Shown in pieces: positions 51,901-64,000 of a DNA stretch of 64,000 nt (positions are counted from its first letter, which is position 1; every line of letters begins with the position of its first letter). The DNA is taken from NCBI GenBank assembly GCA_030324005.1, contig JARDVH010000193.1:85121384-85185383 (forward strand), in the 5' to 3' direction. The notes below the pieces were generated by a model. That model ran no database searches. It was not told where the DNA came from and was given only the letters and a program-made list of their open reading frames with translations. The position numbers and the translations under genes are program-made. The DNA is from Negaprion brevirostris (taxonomy: Eukaryota).

Positions 51901-53108
51901 CCTGAGGAGCCACTGCACTAATTGCTTCATCAACTCATCCCACTCCCCCCATAACTGCTTGCACCCCTCCTCATCCTGGGCCTGCTGAACCCCATGGAGA
52001 TCTGGATTCAGCTGCCAGTGCATTCCTGGAACTGCTAATTCCTACTGCACTCCACTGCTCCTTGCCAGCCCTGCCAAGCTCTTCTGCTCCACCAAGCACC
52101 CAGCAGCAGAGCATGTTCTTTTAGTGGGATGTGTGTTAGCAGCCAGGCTTAGGGAAGGCTGAGATGCAAGGCTTAGTGGCAGCTCCCCAAGTCATGAATC
52201 GGCCTTGATACTGATTTAGATTTCAAGGCTGAGACTGTCTCCTCCCAGTGTTTGCCACACTGGAGGCAGCAGTGGCCAAAGGGAAGGGAAATTGGAAAAA
52301 GGGCTGATTTTCATTATCCAAAATTAAAATTGTTATAATTCAGCCAAATTCAGCTTAAAAGAACTCTGAATTTTAAGAGCAAGTTACTTTCTGCACAGAG
52401 TTTTTGCCATCTTTTGCACTCATTAAAAACATCACAGTACAAGCGGACCCCACCTATAAAACCGACCAAAACTCCAGAACAAATGAATGCAAATTCAGTC
52501 GAAATGTGCTGATTTTAGAATCTCTGAGGCTTTAAAAATTCAACTGATTCCATTGGTTGCAAGGACTCAAATAAGAATTTTTTAAAAGTTTGCTAAGAAC
52601 CTGGCAACTGTCGCCAAACACCTGCCTTTTTTAAAAAATAAATTCACTGTCATTTAAAATAAGGTTATTCACATGTGGTGGATTCACACTGGGATTTAAA
52701 ATGCTTACTTTTATTGATAAACCAATTTTCCATTGTATCAAATGAAACTGCATCCAGTTACCATTCAAATATATCAAATAGTGGATAAAAGAATTTAAAG
52801 TGATAGCCCATGAAATTGGGTGAAAAACAACTCAGGTTTATTGATTAATTGTTGACTGTACAGAGGTTTGATCTAGATTAGGCAAAAGACCACAAAGCAG
52901 TCAATGACCTCACAAACTGGACATGTGACTTGATTATGAAAGTGACAGTGCAACAACTCAACAACAGCCCCAAATACATAACAAATACCAACTAACATTT
53001 GGCAAAGTAGTTGCAATAGAGAAGTGGCTTACGTGATAAAGGTGACCTTAGTATAGATTTTTTGCATTCGTGATTGGGTTTCACATATTTCTATTACTTG
53101 CTTCTCAC

Positions 53109-53194
53109 CTCAAATTTCTTGGCAGCTCTTTCCCAGAGAACAATATGAAATCGAGTCAGAATTTCTGATGAAAGTCGCTTTCCTGTGTAATGAC
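53109..53194 (-). CDS. TEX11: TEX11 coding exon 5 in window: GHYTGKRLSSEILTRFHIVLWERAAKKFE
   Basis: 86 nt, TAG/GTGAG, phase 1->0; resembles human [29 protein letters not shown]. Confidence 0.92.
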
Positions 53195-53899
53195 CTAAAT
53201 TTGATAATTAGAAGAAATTGACCATGATGAAAATATGCAGAAACGGTTGACAACTATGGAATAAATATTATCTTCCATTGCAGAAAAAACAATGCATTTC
53301 TGCATTTTTATGCTGTTTGTCATCAGAATTGTTCCTAATCCCAGAAAATTAGTTTAAAATGTCACCTTTGCAGTAAAGGCCCACCTTTCACAACTTCCTG
53401 TCTGTGCTTTCACTTACCTGCACTTGGCATTCCCAACTGCTCATTGCCAGAACAATGTTTGGTCATCCTCGTTTGATCTGTCCAAATCTCTGCATTGATT
53501 CTTCGACAAGTACACCCTTGCGAGCTTGAGTGTGGGATCAGTTAATTTCCCTCAAGGTATCAGTTTCATCATTAATTAATTTTAGATAAGTTCATTTTAT
53601 TTTACAATAGCTATTTGCAAATGTGCAAATTAGATCTTTCCCACCACTGACTTCCAGTTGCATGACATTACACTTCATTGTTTCTTTTGCACGTGTGCAA
53701 GACAGGTTTCCCGGCCTAAATAGGCAAAAACAAAATCTACATATGGGCTGCCTTTTCCTAGCCAATGCATGAGCAAGAGACTAGAGTTCCTACCTCCAAG
53801 GTAAGTATTCAAGTTTTGTTGCAGTAAGCAAATCCTAATCTATTTGTATAATGCTCCACTAGTATCCCTTACCAAGCAACACTGTTAATGGCAAATGGA

Positions 53900-54660
53900 C
53901 ACTCTCTTTTGTCCGAAAACAGTTTGGTTTGGATGGCAAATGTCATTGTCCAGAATGTTGCATTATATCAGTACTGACAATTTGAAACTGGACCTTGTTG
54001 ACAGCTTCATATATTTACATTCCATAGTCACCAGAAATTTGTCACTTGATTCTGAAATTACTCATGCATTACAAAAGCTGCAGCAATTACATCCAAGCTG
54101 AGTATCAGAATGTGAGCAACAATAAACTTGCTGAGAACAATGAACTGTAAGCTTTCTGAGCCTGCAATCTCAGTGCATTCCTTTGTAGTAGTGAGAACTC
54201 ATCAACATACTCTAGACAGGAGAAAAGGTCAAAACAGTTTCAACTTTTGCTGTTTCAGATGTATGCTTGGTTTCACCTGGCAGGTCGAGGTCACCAACTC
54301 TGGAGGTCCTAGACAATACTAATTCCTTCAGTATATACTAATTGTTAAGCCAAAATTGACTGCGCTGGATCAGCAATGTTTATTGGATGGTTGGCGGCCA
54401 TTTATCCCAAGTACCTCTGTATACTGGGCCATGACCTCTTCAAACTCCATACCTCCATCATGAAGTCACGTGCAAGTGCAATATGAAGGTGGCAGACATT
54501 ATCACAGAAAATTGGGAGACTGTTGATGACAGTTGTGGCCTTTTGAGGCTGACTGCTTGGAAGGATAATAGAAGAGGCGGGAAGAAACAGAAAGCTCAGC
54601 TCACTGAGAAGAATGTCTAGACAAAACAGAGGGCAGTGAATCCTGCAACTTCTGAACACA
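53900..54660 (+). mobile_element. RTE-clade LINE 3' fragment
   Basis: LDLVDSFIYLHSIVTRNLSLDSEI, decayed LRWI motif; ends at a gap. Confidence 0.65.
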
Positions 54661-56359
54661 GTGATTNNNNNNNNNNNNNNNNNNNNNNNNNNNNNNNNNN
54701 NNNNNNNNNNNNNNNNNNNNNNNNNNNNNNNNNNNNNNNNNNNNNNNNNNNNNNNNNNNNNNNNNNNNNNNNNNNNNNNNNNNNNNNNNNNNNNNNNNNN
54801 NNNNNNNNNNNNNNNNNNNNNNNNNNNNNNNNNNNNNNNNNNNNNNNNNNNNNNNNNNNNNNNNNNNNNNNNNNNNNNNNNNNNNNNNNNNNNNNNNNNN
54901 NNNNNNNNNNNNNNNNNNNNNNNNNNNNNNNNNNNNNNNNNNNNNNNNNNNNNNNNNNNNNNNNNNNNNNNNNNNNNNNNNNNNNNNNNNNNNNNNNNNN
55001 NNNNNNNNNNNNNNNNNNNNNNNNNNNNNNNNNNNNNNNNNNNNNNNNNNNNNNNNNNNNNNNNNNNNNNNNNNNNNNNNNNNNNNNNNNNNNNNNNNNN
55101 NNNNNNNNNNNNNNNNNNNNNNNNNNNNNNNNNNNNNNNNNNNNNNNNNNNNNNNNNNNNNNNNNNNNNNNNNNNNNNNNNNNNNNNNNNNNNNNNNNNN
55201 NNNNNNNNNNNNNNNNNNNNNNNNNNNNNNNNNNNNNNNNNNNNNNNNNNNNNNNNNNNNNNNNNNNNNNNNNNNNNNNNNNNNNNNNNNNNNNNNNNNN
55301 NNNNNNNNNNNNNNNNNNNNNNNNNNNNNNNNNNNNNNNNNNNNNNNNNNNNNNNNNNNNNNNNNNNNNNNNNNNNNNNNNNNNGTCAGGCATCTGGAAA
55401 CAGCTCCCTTTTTACCAGTCCATTAAATTCTGCTCCACATTGGGGCCCTTCATCTTGGTTCCTCAATAAAAGTAATCTTTTTCAATTTAATCTTTAGTTT
55501 GCCTCTTGTCTGAATCCAGTTACAAAATATTCAAACTAACTTGAAGGAAAAATGTGATACAGGAGCATGAAAAAGAGGCAAAAACTGCAACATACATTGT
55601 CAAAACAGATAAAAGGGGAAGACTATATTGGTTCTAACCAATAAAATGTCAAAGAACACAACACATTTTTGATAGTGAACAAAGGAAATAACAGTTAAAG
55701 AATTTTAACAAATTTCCCTTTATTAATGGAAATACACTTTTCATGCAATGGATTGGTTACAAAAATATTTGGGCAAAAAAAGCCCTGAAGTTTTACTATT
55801 TTTTTATGATTCTAACCAAAATTGATGAATCGTTCCTTAGTGGATGTACAATACATTAAAATTAGCTTCTTAGTAATAGTTTAAAATAGTCCAAAGTGTT
55901 TCCTCGGGATGAGCAATAAGTGTAACTGCCCTTCTAATGTACAGTAATAGATCTCCAATGCCGCTCATCAGATTTCTACTCATCAACTGCCACATCAACC
56001 TTAATACCACCATCCCATGACCTAATTATTTAACTGAAAGGACACGGGAAAATTCTGGCAGATTGTTTTCCTGTTCCTGTGACACTGAGCTACACCTACC
56101 CACTTTATGGAAAATGCTTTTACTTATGTCAAAACGACTGCTGAAAAATAAAGTGGTGATCAAATTCAATGCAAGTTGGCAAGAATTGAATTTGCATTGC
56201 TTTCTGATGCTACATTCTAAAATCATCTAAAGAGGACCAACTTTGCCAGATTGAACAGAAGCCGAAGTGCTCTTGACGATAAGCATGTACCTGAGCAATC
56301 AATAATTCAACCAATTATTACGAGAAGATGATTGCCTAATTCTCTTGACAATCTCCTAC

Positions 56360-56511
56360 CTGCAATAATGTCTTTGATCTTCTGCTTGGCAAGGTCATCT
56401 TTGCCTCTTTGCAGCAGTTGCATAAAGTGCATCAATAAAATCCTTCCAATCTCATGACTGGTTTCAAACTGCTTGGACAAAGTTGTCAGAAATTCAAAGG
56501 ACAATCCATCT
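56360..56511 (-). CDS. TEX11: TEX11 coding exon 4 in window: DGLSFEFLTTLSKQFETSHEIGRILLMHFMQLLQRGKDDLAKQKIKDIIA
   Basis: 152 nt, CAG/GTAGG, phase 2->1; overlaps ORF 56307..56504; resembles human [42 protein letters not shown]. Confidence 0.93.
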
Positions 56512-57295
56512 CTGTTGAAAGCATGGCATTAGTAAGTCAGTGTTATATTGATGTTTTCAGCAATAAGTACTCTTTTAGTTATCACGTCCAGTACTCATGA
56601 TAACCTGGAAATCACTAAACCCTGAATTTTCCTATAATTGAGATTGACACAGCCAGGTTTACGTGCACCTTTTTTCATCAATATGTCTACAAGTAGCCAG
56701 AAAACATGTTTAAATGAAGGAAAGATACCACTGCACTATTTTCAATGAGGGGTGGAGTTACTAGTTAACACTTATGCCAAAAACTTCCAACCTTGGCCAC
56801 AGCTGAGATTCTCTGGTGCCACTGCAGTGCCAATTCTCCACTCTTGCCGGAAGTAGGATGGGAATGGACAAGATCAGAGAATCCCATCCTTAATGCTAAG
56901 CCTGGTGTCTGAGAAGAGGAATGCAATGTCCCTGGACATAGGGGTGGGATATTGAACTAGCAAAGCTCACTTGTGCAATAATTTCCTGGAACGCCTGTGC
57001 AAAATTAAGAGCAAATGCTGTAGATGCACTATTACTATAAAACAAGTATTCAGGACAATCTGGGCCATGAAAAGAAAGAGAGAGAGGGAATGTGGCAACG
57101 GGAAATTGCAATCTGACATTACAAATATACTTGTTGAAGCATATAATATTTTGAGATTTGTTTTATTTTACTTAAAATTTTATCTGGGACATTAGAAATC
57201 AAATTAATGGGCAAAATGGCTGATGAAAATTAAAATAGACTGCCATATAAATCACATCTAAGGCACTTTACAGCAAATTAACTTTAGAAGTTAAA

Positions 57296-57721
57296 TACTG
57301 CGGAAAAGACATGTTTCTAAAACTTTTGTCGTCCATCGATCGGTACAAATGCATGAATGAAATTTACATAAAAGGAGGCAAGGGGCGCTGATTGGTTAAC
57401 AACAAATCATGCTCATAACATGGCTCATTTACACTTACTAGAAATAAGATACATTCAAAAGCAGAGACTTGTTCTCTGTAAACAAAAGGAATATGTTGAT
57501 GCTTTGCACATTTTTTGAATTACCTGGAAGAAAGCAAAACCTATAGTAACCCAATGCTCTTTCCATGGCAACATAATGGCTAGAGTCAACTTACCAACCA
57601 ATCAGCACCCTTTTTCTCCAGCAATAAGAAAATTTCATGATCATTTGAAATTTGGCTTTCTTACATTTGCCCTGATTAGTGCAAAACAAATAGCTTCAGC
57701 CATGTCTCTCTTTCCAGTAAT
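57296..57721. mobile_element. Inverted-repeat (MITE-like) element
   Basis: Left end tactgcggaaaagacatg...gctgattggtt and right end aaccaatcagc...catgtctctctttccagta form degenerate inverted repeats of about 110 bp. Confidence 0.55.
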
Positions 57722-58038
57722 ACACTTTTGAGGTGTAGTCACTGTTGCAATATAAAAAACATGGCAGCGATTTGTGACAGTAAAGTCCAGACAATAGTAT
57801 GACAATGACCAGGTAATCTGTTTTTATGATGTTGATTGAGGAAAAACATCATAACTTTCCTGCTCTTCAACGAGTGCCATGGGATGTTTTACACCCACAT
57901 GAGAACACAGTTGGGGGTCTTGGTTTAATGATTCATCAGAAAGGCGATGCTTTCAACTGTTTGCTGTGCTCAAGCGTTGCAGTGAAACTTGAACTGAGAA
58001 CCTCCAACTCAAGAGGCAAGCGTGCTACTAGTGAACCA
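57722..58038 (-). mobile_element. DeuSINE (SacSINE1-like); 3' tail at about 57250-57295, separated by the MITE
   Basis: Reverse complement of the 24890 element plus tRNA-like head (tggttcactagtagcacgcttgcctcttgag). Confidence 0.65.
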
Positions 58039-58409
58039 TTTGAAAATAGATCTCATGTAATTCAATTGGTTTATTAACAAACCTTGAAATATATACACAG
58101 ACATGGAATGTGAAATGTGGACCCAAAATTTTGCAATAGGAGCATTCTCCACAATCCTATGAGCAAAAATGTAACAACTGAGAGGAAGGCTTGTTGGAAA
58201 ATTCAGACAGATGTATGCAGATTAATTTTCAATCTCAGTTCCTCAGTGTTAAACATTGCCTGAACAAAGTGAAGAAATGGAAATACAGCAAGAAGGATCA
58301 GGCATATCTTATAGACCCCAGCTCATCCTCAATATCCAGTAGTAACATCAAAAATCCAGCCAATAATCACTAAGCAAGACATAATTTACTTTAAGGGAAT
58401 TTCACTGAC

Positions 58410-58485
58410 CGGTCGTGTTCCAAGAGTAGTTTTGCAGCATCAAGGCAAACATCCAGTGATACTTTTCCAAGAAGATCGCTGACAG
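58410..58485 (-). CDS. TEX11: TEX11 coding exon 3 in window: (A)VSDLLGKVSLDVCLDAAKLLLEHD(R)
   Basis: 76 nt, TAG/GTCAG, phase 1->2; resembles human [27 protein letters not shown]. Confidence 0.9.
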
Positions 58486-58939
58486 CTAAAATGAACCAAA
58501 ATGGCAAAAAAAAATACAGCATCACAAAATTCAGTTCCTGCAAACTGTTGCTGTTACGTCAAAATGCTCCAGTTTTTGTGTGATCGGCTTAAATACAACT
58601 AACACTTTAGATCACCATTTAGTTAATGTATTGACACGGAGTGCCAACCAGTACCACTGAAAACTGTAATGACCAATAAGTATTAACCTTTTGTCAATTT
58701 TGTTGGTGCACATGCGAATTCCCTTCTACTTCTCAAATTGCATAAAGATCAAACTGGTAAGCATTTTTGACTCTGTAGGATCATTAAAGATGGCAAATGT
58801 GAGAAATAGTGTGCAATATTATTTCTTCCCAGCACTGCGGAAGAATACCAATGAGACACAGAAAATTCATAAAACAATGAAGCTGATTTTAATGCTCAGA
58901 TTTCAGTTGGGCAGGGGTGAGACAGGTTGCAAAATGTAT

Positions 58940-59760
58940 TTGCTGCTCCAGAGTTTTAAAGCCCATGATAATTTTACACCTTGGTCTCGCTGACATCTGA
59001 TTAATGCATTTCCCACCTTATCACATTGGGAACAGGAAGCCCACTTACTTCCATGACACAATTCTGAGGTGTACCAAGGAATTTCATCAGAAGCTGCATC
59101 ATAGCCATTTGTGCATCTACCAAAGCTGTGACATTGGACGACACCAATGCCCTTTGAAAGAACCCTGGATTGGCTACACTTGCCAAGTAGATTCCCGATA
59201 TAGGGGTATGGGCATAAAGCCATCCTCAGTACCCTTTAATAGAATCTTCGCATTCGGCATATTTTGTCTTTAACCAGCATTAGTAACTGGGTCGCCCCTG
59301 TACCCGAGCAGGACAGTCAGCTTGTTTGTATCACTGGAGGGAAACTTTTGCATAAAATGTAAAGCCCTGTTGGCATTCTTGGAGCAACCAATCACCATGG
59401 TTAGGGCTATGTTTGTAATTGTCTATTCTCAGAAGAGTGACCCCCTTTGTTCTTCAGTATGGGGTCAACATTAATTGGGATACTGTTTTTAATTTCCACT
59501 AATAGAATTACCTCCAGGGGAGGAATGAGAGTGAGGAGGAATCTAATTTTAGAACTCTCAGTTAGCAAATTAGTGTGTTTGTCTCTCTCAAATTCAATGC
59601 AAGGCTGGGTTGGCCTTTCTTTAAAGCTATTTCTGAATTTTTAATAGTAAGTCTCAGCTACTAATTTAAATATGCTTAAAATTGCATTTTTAGTCTCTTC
59701 ATAATCTATAGAGCTCTCCTCCAATAACACAAGAGTCTGCTTCACAGGTTCTCTCAACTA
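58940..59760 (-). mobile_element. Heavily decayed, possibly Penelope-like retroelement
   Basis: Only weak GIY-YIG/RT-like residue patterns are recognisable. Confidence 0.3.
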
Positions 59761-60709
59761 ATTTGCTTCAGAATAGGAGGGCCTAAGACTCTTTTGACCA
59801 TTTTAACCAGTAAGCTCCTCATTTTCAGTATACAAAAAAAAGCCTCCACAAGACAAGTTTTCCTTAGGGATCTGGTTTGCTCTACTGTGGCCATAACACT
59901 GTCTTCAAGAACTGCTACAGCGATGTGTTGTTGGAATATCAACAATGCTGTTAGGAAGTTCCAGCACCTGGTCCCAGCAACAATGAAGAAATGGCAAAAT
60001 AATTTCACATCAACCTATAGTTCAAGCTGGGACCAACTTTTAATTCCAGATTTATTAATTGAATTTAAACTTCACCAGCTACCATGGTGGGATTTGAACG
60101 TGTCCCCAGAATATTTGGCTGAACCTCTGGATTATTAGTCCAGTCTCTGCAGCTGAACCTTACAGGTAAAACGAGTTAGCCCTTTTTCACTGTCTGAAAT
60201 TGCTTCTGCAGATGACTTCTTTTGTGAAATCTCTTCCCTTGCAGTCATCTTCTTTTCTTCAATTTACTGACTTCTGATCATTCAAAAAAATGTTAATTAT
60301 AAATGTGTGTTTTTAAAAAATCAGTTGTGGAGTTTGTCTTAAAGCACTTTTCATCGTAAATTGTTTCCCTGTCTTGTGACCACGTTGTCAGCTTTCCATT
60401 ATCCATACATCAAAATTCTGGCTAAGAACAGCTTCTGAATTCTTCCATGCACCTCCATTGTCCTGACAGATTTCATGGCACCTGACACGAAGATTACAAT
60501 ATTAATTGGATAAATTAAGGTTAATTGCCTACAGGTGGGGGAATTAATTGGCTGATGACTTGGGCAATGTGCACATATAAAGAGACACTTATTGGCACTG
60601 GTGGTGATTTGTAGCATTAGGAGCTTTATATCTGAAAGTCCCATTTCGTGAATAAATCTAAAAGTGAGTAAAGTTTGCCTTCTGATCTCTCTAAATTGGT
60701 AATAAAAAG

Positions 60710-61004
60710 CGGTGGCACAGCGGAACACTGCCTCTCAGTGCCAGGGACCGATAGGCTCAATTCCAGCTATGGGCCACTGTCTGTGTGGAGTTTGCACGTT
60801 CTCCCCATGTCTGCCTGGGTCTAACTGGGTGCTTCGGTTTCTTCCCTGTGGGTTAGGTTGATTGGCTATGCTAAATTGACCACTGTGTCAGGGGGGTTAG
60901 CAGGGTACATGTGTGGGGTTATGGGAATAGGGCCTGGGTGGGATCGTGTTTGGTACAGACTCGATAAGCCAAATGGCTTCCTTCTGTACTGTGGGGATTC
61001 TATG
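60710..61004 (+). mobile_element. HE1-like V-SINE
   Basis: ggtggcacag head, tgtgtggagtttgcacgttctcccc core, tail ctgtggggattctatg. Confidence 0.88.
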
Positions 61005-61349
61005 AAAAAGTCGAACAATGAAACTTTCCACACCATCAGCCATAGTGTGATTCAGAAATCAACTGACCTACTTAAGAGTTCCAATATTTTCTATTTTTAA
61101 GCTGATTAAAAAGGATTGGGTGAGTGCAGTTGTTATAATCAGTTTTGCAGTTCACTCTCCCCGGTGGGGAACTGGAATGGATTCTGAAACGTCATTTTCT
61201 TGTCATTTTCTCCATCGTGAATATATTCCTGACAAGACACTAATATTATTTTTTGCTTCAACATCTTGATGCCATGAATTTGTTTTTAAAATCATGTATT
61301 TTAACTCATTCTAGTTTGTACAGAACTAGATTCAAGCTCTGTTTCTTAC

Positions 61350-61431
61350 CTATGGAAACAGCTTCATCTGGGAAAACACATTTCAGAAGGATTTTAATCT
61401 TCAAGAACAGTCCAGCTGGGTGGGGATTCTC
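61350..61431 (-). CDS. TEX11: TEX11 coding exon 2 in window: ENPHPAGLFLKIKILLKCVFPDEAVSI
   Basis: 82 nt, CAG/GTAAG, phase 0->1; resembles human EHLSSPGLFLKMKILLK. Confidence 0.92.
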
Positions 61432-62333
61432 CTGTTGGATTAAATATTTGAACCATTCATCATAAAACATCAAGACCTTTTTATTTTATCATATGTTACA
61501 ACCATCAATTTTATTTTACTATTTCCCATACTAAAGTCCCTCTACCTTGCTTCTGTTACTCCCCTAACAATAATGATCTCTGCACCCTAAGTGGCCTAGA
61601 CTTTTTAGAGCTCATGCAAAATACCAGCTATCTTCCGCTTTGATCCACCTGATTCTTCCTCTTTCAGTGCTACCTGAGAACTACTGAAAAATACCTGCAC
61701 TGAGACATGACTAGAATAGAGAAATAAACAACCAACTTACAGTATTGTGTTCCTCACGTGCAGAGAGATATCTCAAAGTACTTTATAAGGAAGTGGAGAG
61801 CAGCAGTAGGAAAAGAGTGTATACAGGGAAAGAGAGGGGTTTGACTACATGAAAGTGCATTCAAAGAGACCAGTCACTTGGAAGCTTTGGAGGGTAAAGT
61901 TATGGAGGCAACACAGCAGTACTGGCTGAAGGAAAGATCCCCATTGATGAAGCAATAGGAGCAGTGAAGGAAGAGTCAGCTGGAATGAAAGCTAAGTAAA
62001 TGAACACAAGACTTGTGGAAGACTGAGGAGATCAAATGGTGAAGGTCAAGAGGAATATCTGAAGTCATTTTGATTGGCTGCATGAGCCAACAGAGCTTGG
62101 AAAACATAAAGGAAATTGTTGATGCTTTGATACAGTTGTGTTGAGGGCTATAATATTTTGAAACAGTTGTAGTAATAAAGATTCAAATGCCAACAAGGAG
62201 AACATCAGAGAAGATGAAAATAAAATTTAAAATNNNNNNNNNNNNNNNNNNNNNNNNNNNNNNNNNNNNNNNNNNNNNNNNNNNNNNNNNNNNNNNNNNN
62301 NNNNNNNNNNNNNNNNNNNNNNNNNNNNNNNNN

Positions 62334-62690
62334 CTCTCCTCATAGCTAAGACCCTCCATACCAGGCAACATCCTGGTAAACCTCCTCTGCACTCTCTCCA
62401 AAGCCTCCACATCCTTCTGGTAGTGTGGCGACCAGAACTGGAAGCAGTACTCCAAAAGTGGCCTAACTAACGTTCTATACAGCTGCAACATCAGACTCCA
62501 GTTTTTATACTCTATACCCCGTCCTATAAAGGCAAGCATACCATATGCCTTCTTCATCACCTTCTCCACCTGTACTGCCACCTTCAAGGATTTGTGGACT
62601 CGCACACATAGGTCTCTCTGTGTTTCTATACTCTTGATGCTTCTGCCATTTATCGTATAACTCCCCCCTACATTAGTTCTACACCAGATC
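62334..62690 (-). mobile_element. Young CR1/HER1 LINE RT fragment
   Basis: Stop-free ORF 62183..62695: KAYGMLAFIGRGIEYK..MLQLYRTLVRPLLEYCFQFWSPHYQKDVEALERVQRRFTRMLPG. Confidence 0.92.
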
Positions 62691-63272
62691 GACAAAGGGT
62701 CCGAGGTTTTCTTTTTCTCAGACCAAGGTTGATAAAGGTGGGGAAACTAATGATGTTGAGGCCAGTTATGCAAATATATTTGAAGGAACTTAATAGAAAG
62801 GTTTTGTCAATAGTCAGATTGGGCTGAAAATACTTTAGCACGTTCAGCAGCTGATTAGCCAAAATGATATCAACATTGAATCAACAGATGGGACTGAGGT
62901 GCAGATCTACGTTTAATTGACACACAAGTAACAACTGAATCCAATATTTCAGATGATGTCACCAAGCAACAGTGTATAATGCGAAATGGGTCAACGATAG
63001 AGCCCTAGTATACTGAAAAGATGACCTTTCAAGTACTTACTGGAAGTGAAATGGGCTGGGCTGTGGGGATCGAAATAAAAAAATTGCCTCATAATGCATA
63101 CATTGATACAAGTTGGAATATAACCGTAGGACTGTGAAAGAGATAGTCTAGGCTAAAGATATTTGCAAGTGCCAAAAGCAGTTAAGGATACAGTTAACAT
63201 GCCCCGGTTATAATCATATAGGAATGTTGTGCCAAACAAGCTATAACATGGTTGTGTACCTACAGAACTTAC

Positions 63273-63368
63273 TTGGTTTGCAAGAACGACGGCATTAAGA
63301 GCTCTTTCCTGGTGTTGCTTTAAGTCCCATTCTAGATAAACGTTAGCCAATAAACGTAAAACTTTTGC
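63273..63368 (-). CDS. TEX11: TEX11 coding exon (1st in window): AKVLRLLANVYLEWDLKQHQERALNAVVLANQ
   Basis: 96 nt, TAG acceptor, GTAAG donor; matches recalled human TEX11 segment AKVLRLLATNYLDWDD...KALNAVNLANK. Confidence 0.93.
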
Positions 63369-64000
63369 CTAGAACAGAACAAGTCAGTTGTAACATTTCC
63401 TATGTCAATAGTGCATACCTCTGACATTGTACCTCTTTAATTCATCAAGTAATTTTCGTCTCTTAAACACCATCTTTTGTAGGCCACTAATCACATAAAA
63501 TACAATATCACCTATATACTTGGCATAAGGAAGAATATTTGGCAAAGCAAAACTATAACATCGCACTATATGAAGAAAACCTGAAACAAAAACAGAAAAT
63601 GTTGCATAAAATCAGGCAGCATCTGTAGAGATAGAAAGAGAGTTAATAACTGGAACTTTACTGCCACATTCGTCCCAGAATTGAGGTGGACGCAGCTCAC
63701 AGAACAGAATTCTCTGTTGGCCTCAGGTGGGATTTTACCTCGCCTGAGCGAAGTCGTAAAATATTGGCCAATGTTTCAAGTCCGTGTGACTTCAGAGTTG
63801 AAGAGGTGGAAATATAATGACATATATTTGGAGGGAGGTTAGAGAAGATATAGCAGAATTATTATTATTGAAAAAAAGATGTATCTCTCACTTGAGGATG
63901 GTCTGATCACAAGTGTATGAATTGCCAAATTATCAGCAATCAATTGTATATAAATAAAGAGAAATTTTTCAAGGAGGGAGCTTCGGTTTGCTGAAAAGAT

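Noticed and set aside
1-64000. Prokaryotic systems (CRISPR arrays, operons, defence islands)
   Set aside because: Sequence is vertebrate intron/exon DNA; no regularly spaced repeats or long intact ORFs.

Overview
Eukaryotic (vertebrate) DNA from a gapped draft assembly. The repeat content (HE1-type V-SINEs, CR1/HER1 LINEs, SacSINE1-like DeuSINEs) points to an elasmobranch, most likely a shark. The window lies inside one large gene on the minus strand, the meiotic TPR gene TEX11 (ZIP4/Spo22 orthologue). I reconstructed 16 consecutive GT-AG coding exons (1543 nt, 514 codons plus 1 nt, no stops, all phases compatible); the start and end of the gene lie outside the window. The introns are packed with decayed transposons: CR1, Rex/Babar, RTE, Tx1, Penelope, Gypsy, Harbinger, several SINE families, and a class I endogenous retrovirus with RNase H, integrase and env remnants. 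The most unusual structure is at 40311-46139. Two copies of a dimeric U2-snRNA-derived repeat bracket about 5.3 kb of cargo that includes the retrovirus, and the whole 5.8 kb unit is flanked by a 19-bp (18/19 identical) target-site duplication, itself nested inside a split CR1 fragment. An assembly gap lies inside the unit, so a misassembly cannot be excluded. All family assignments come from recognising motifs by eye, not from database searches.
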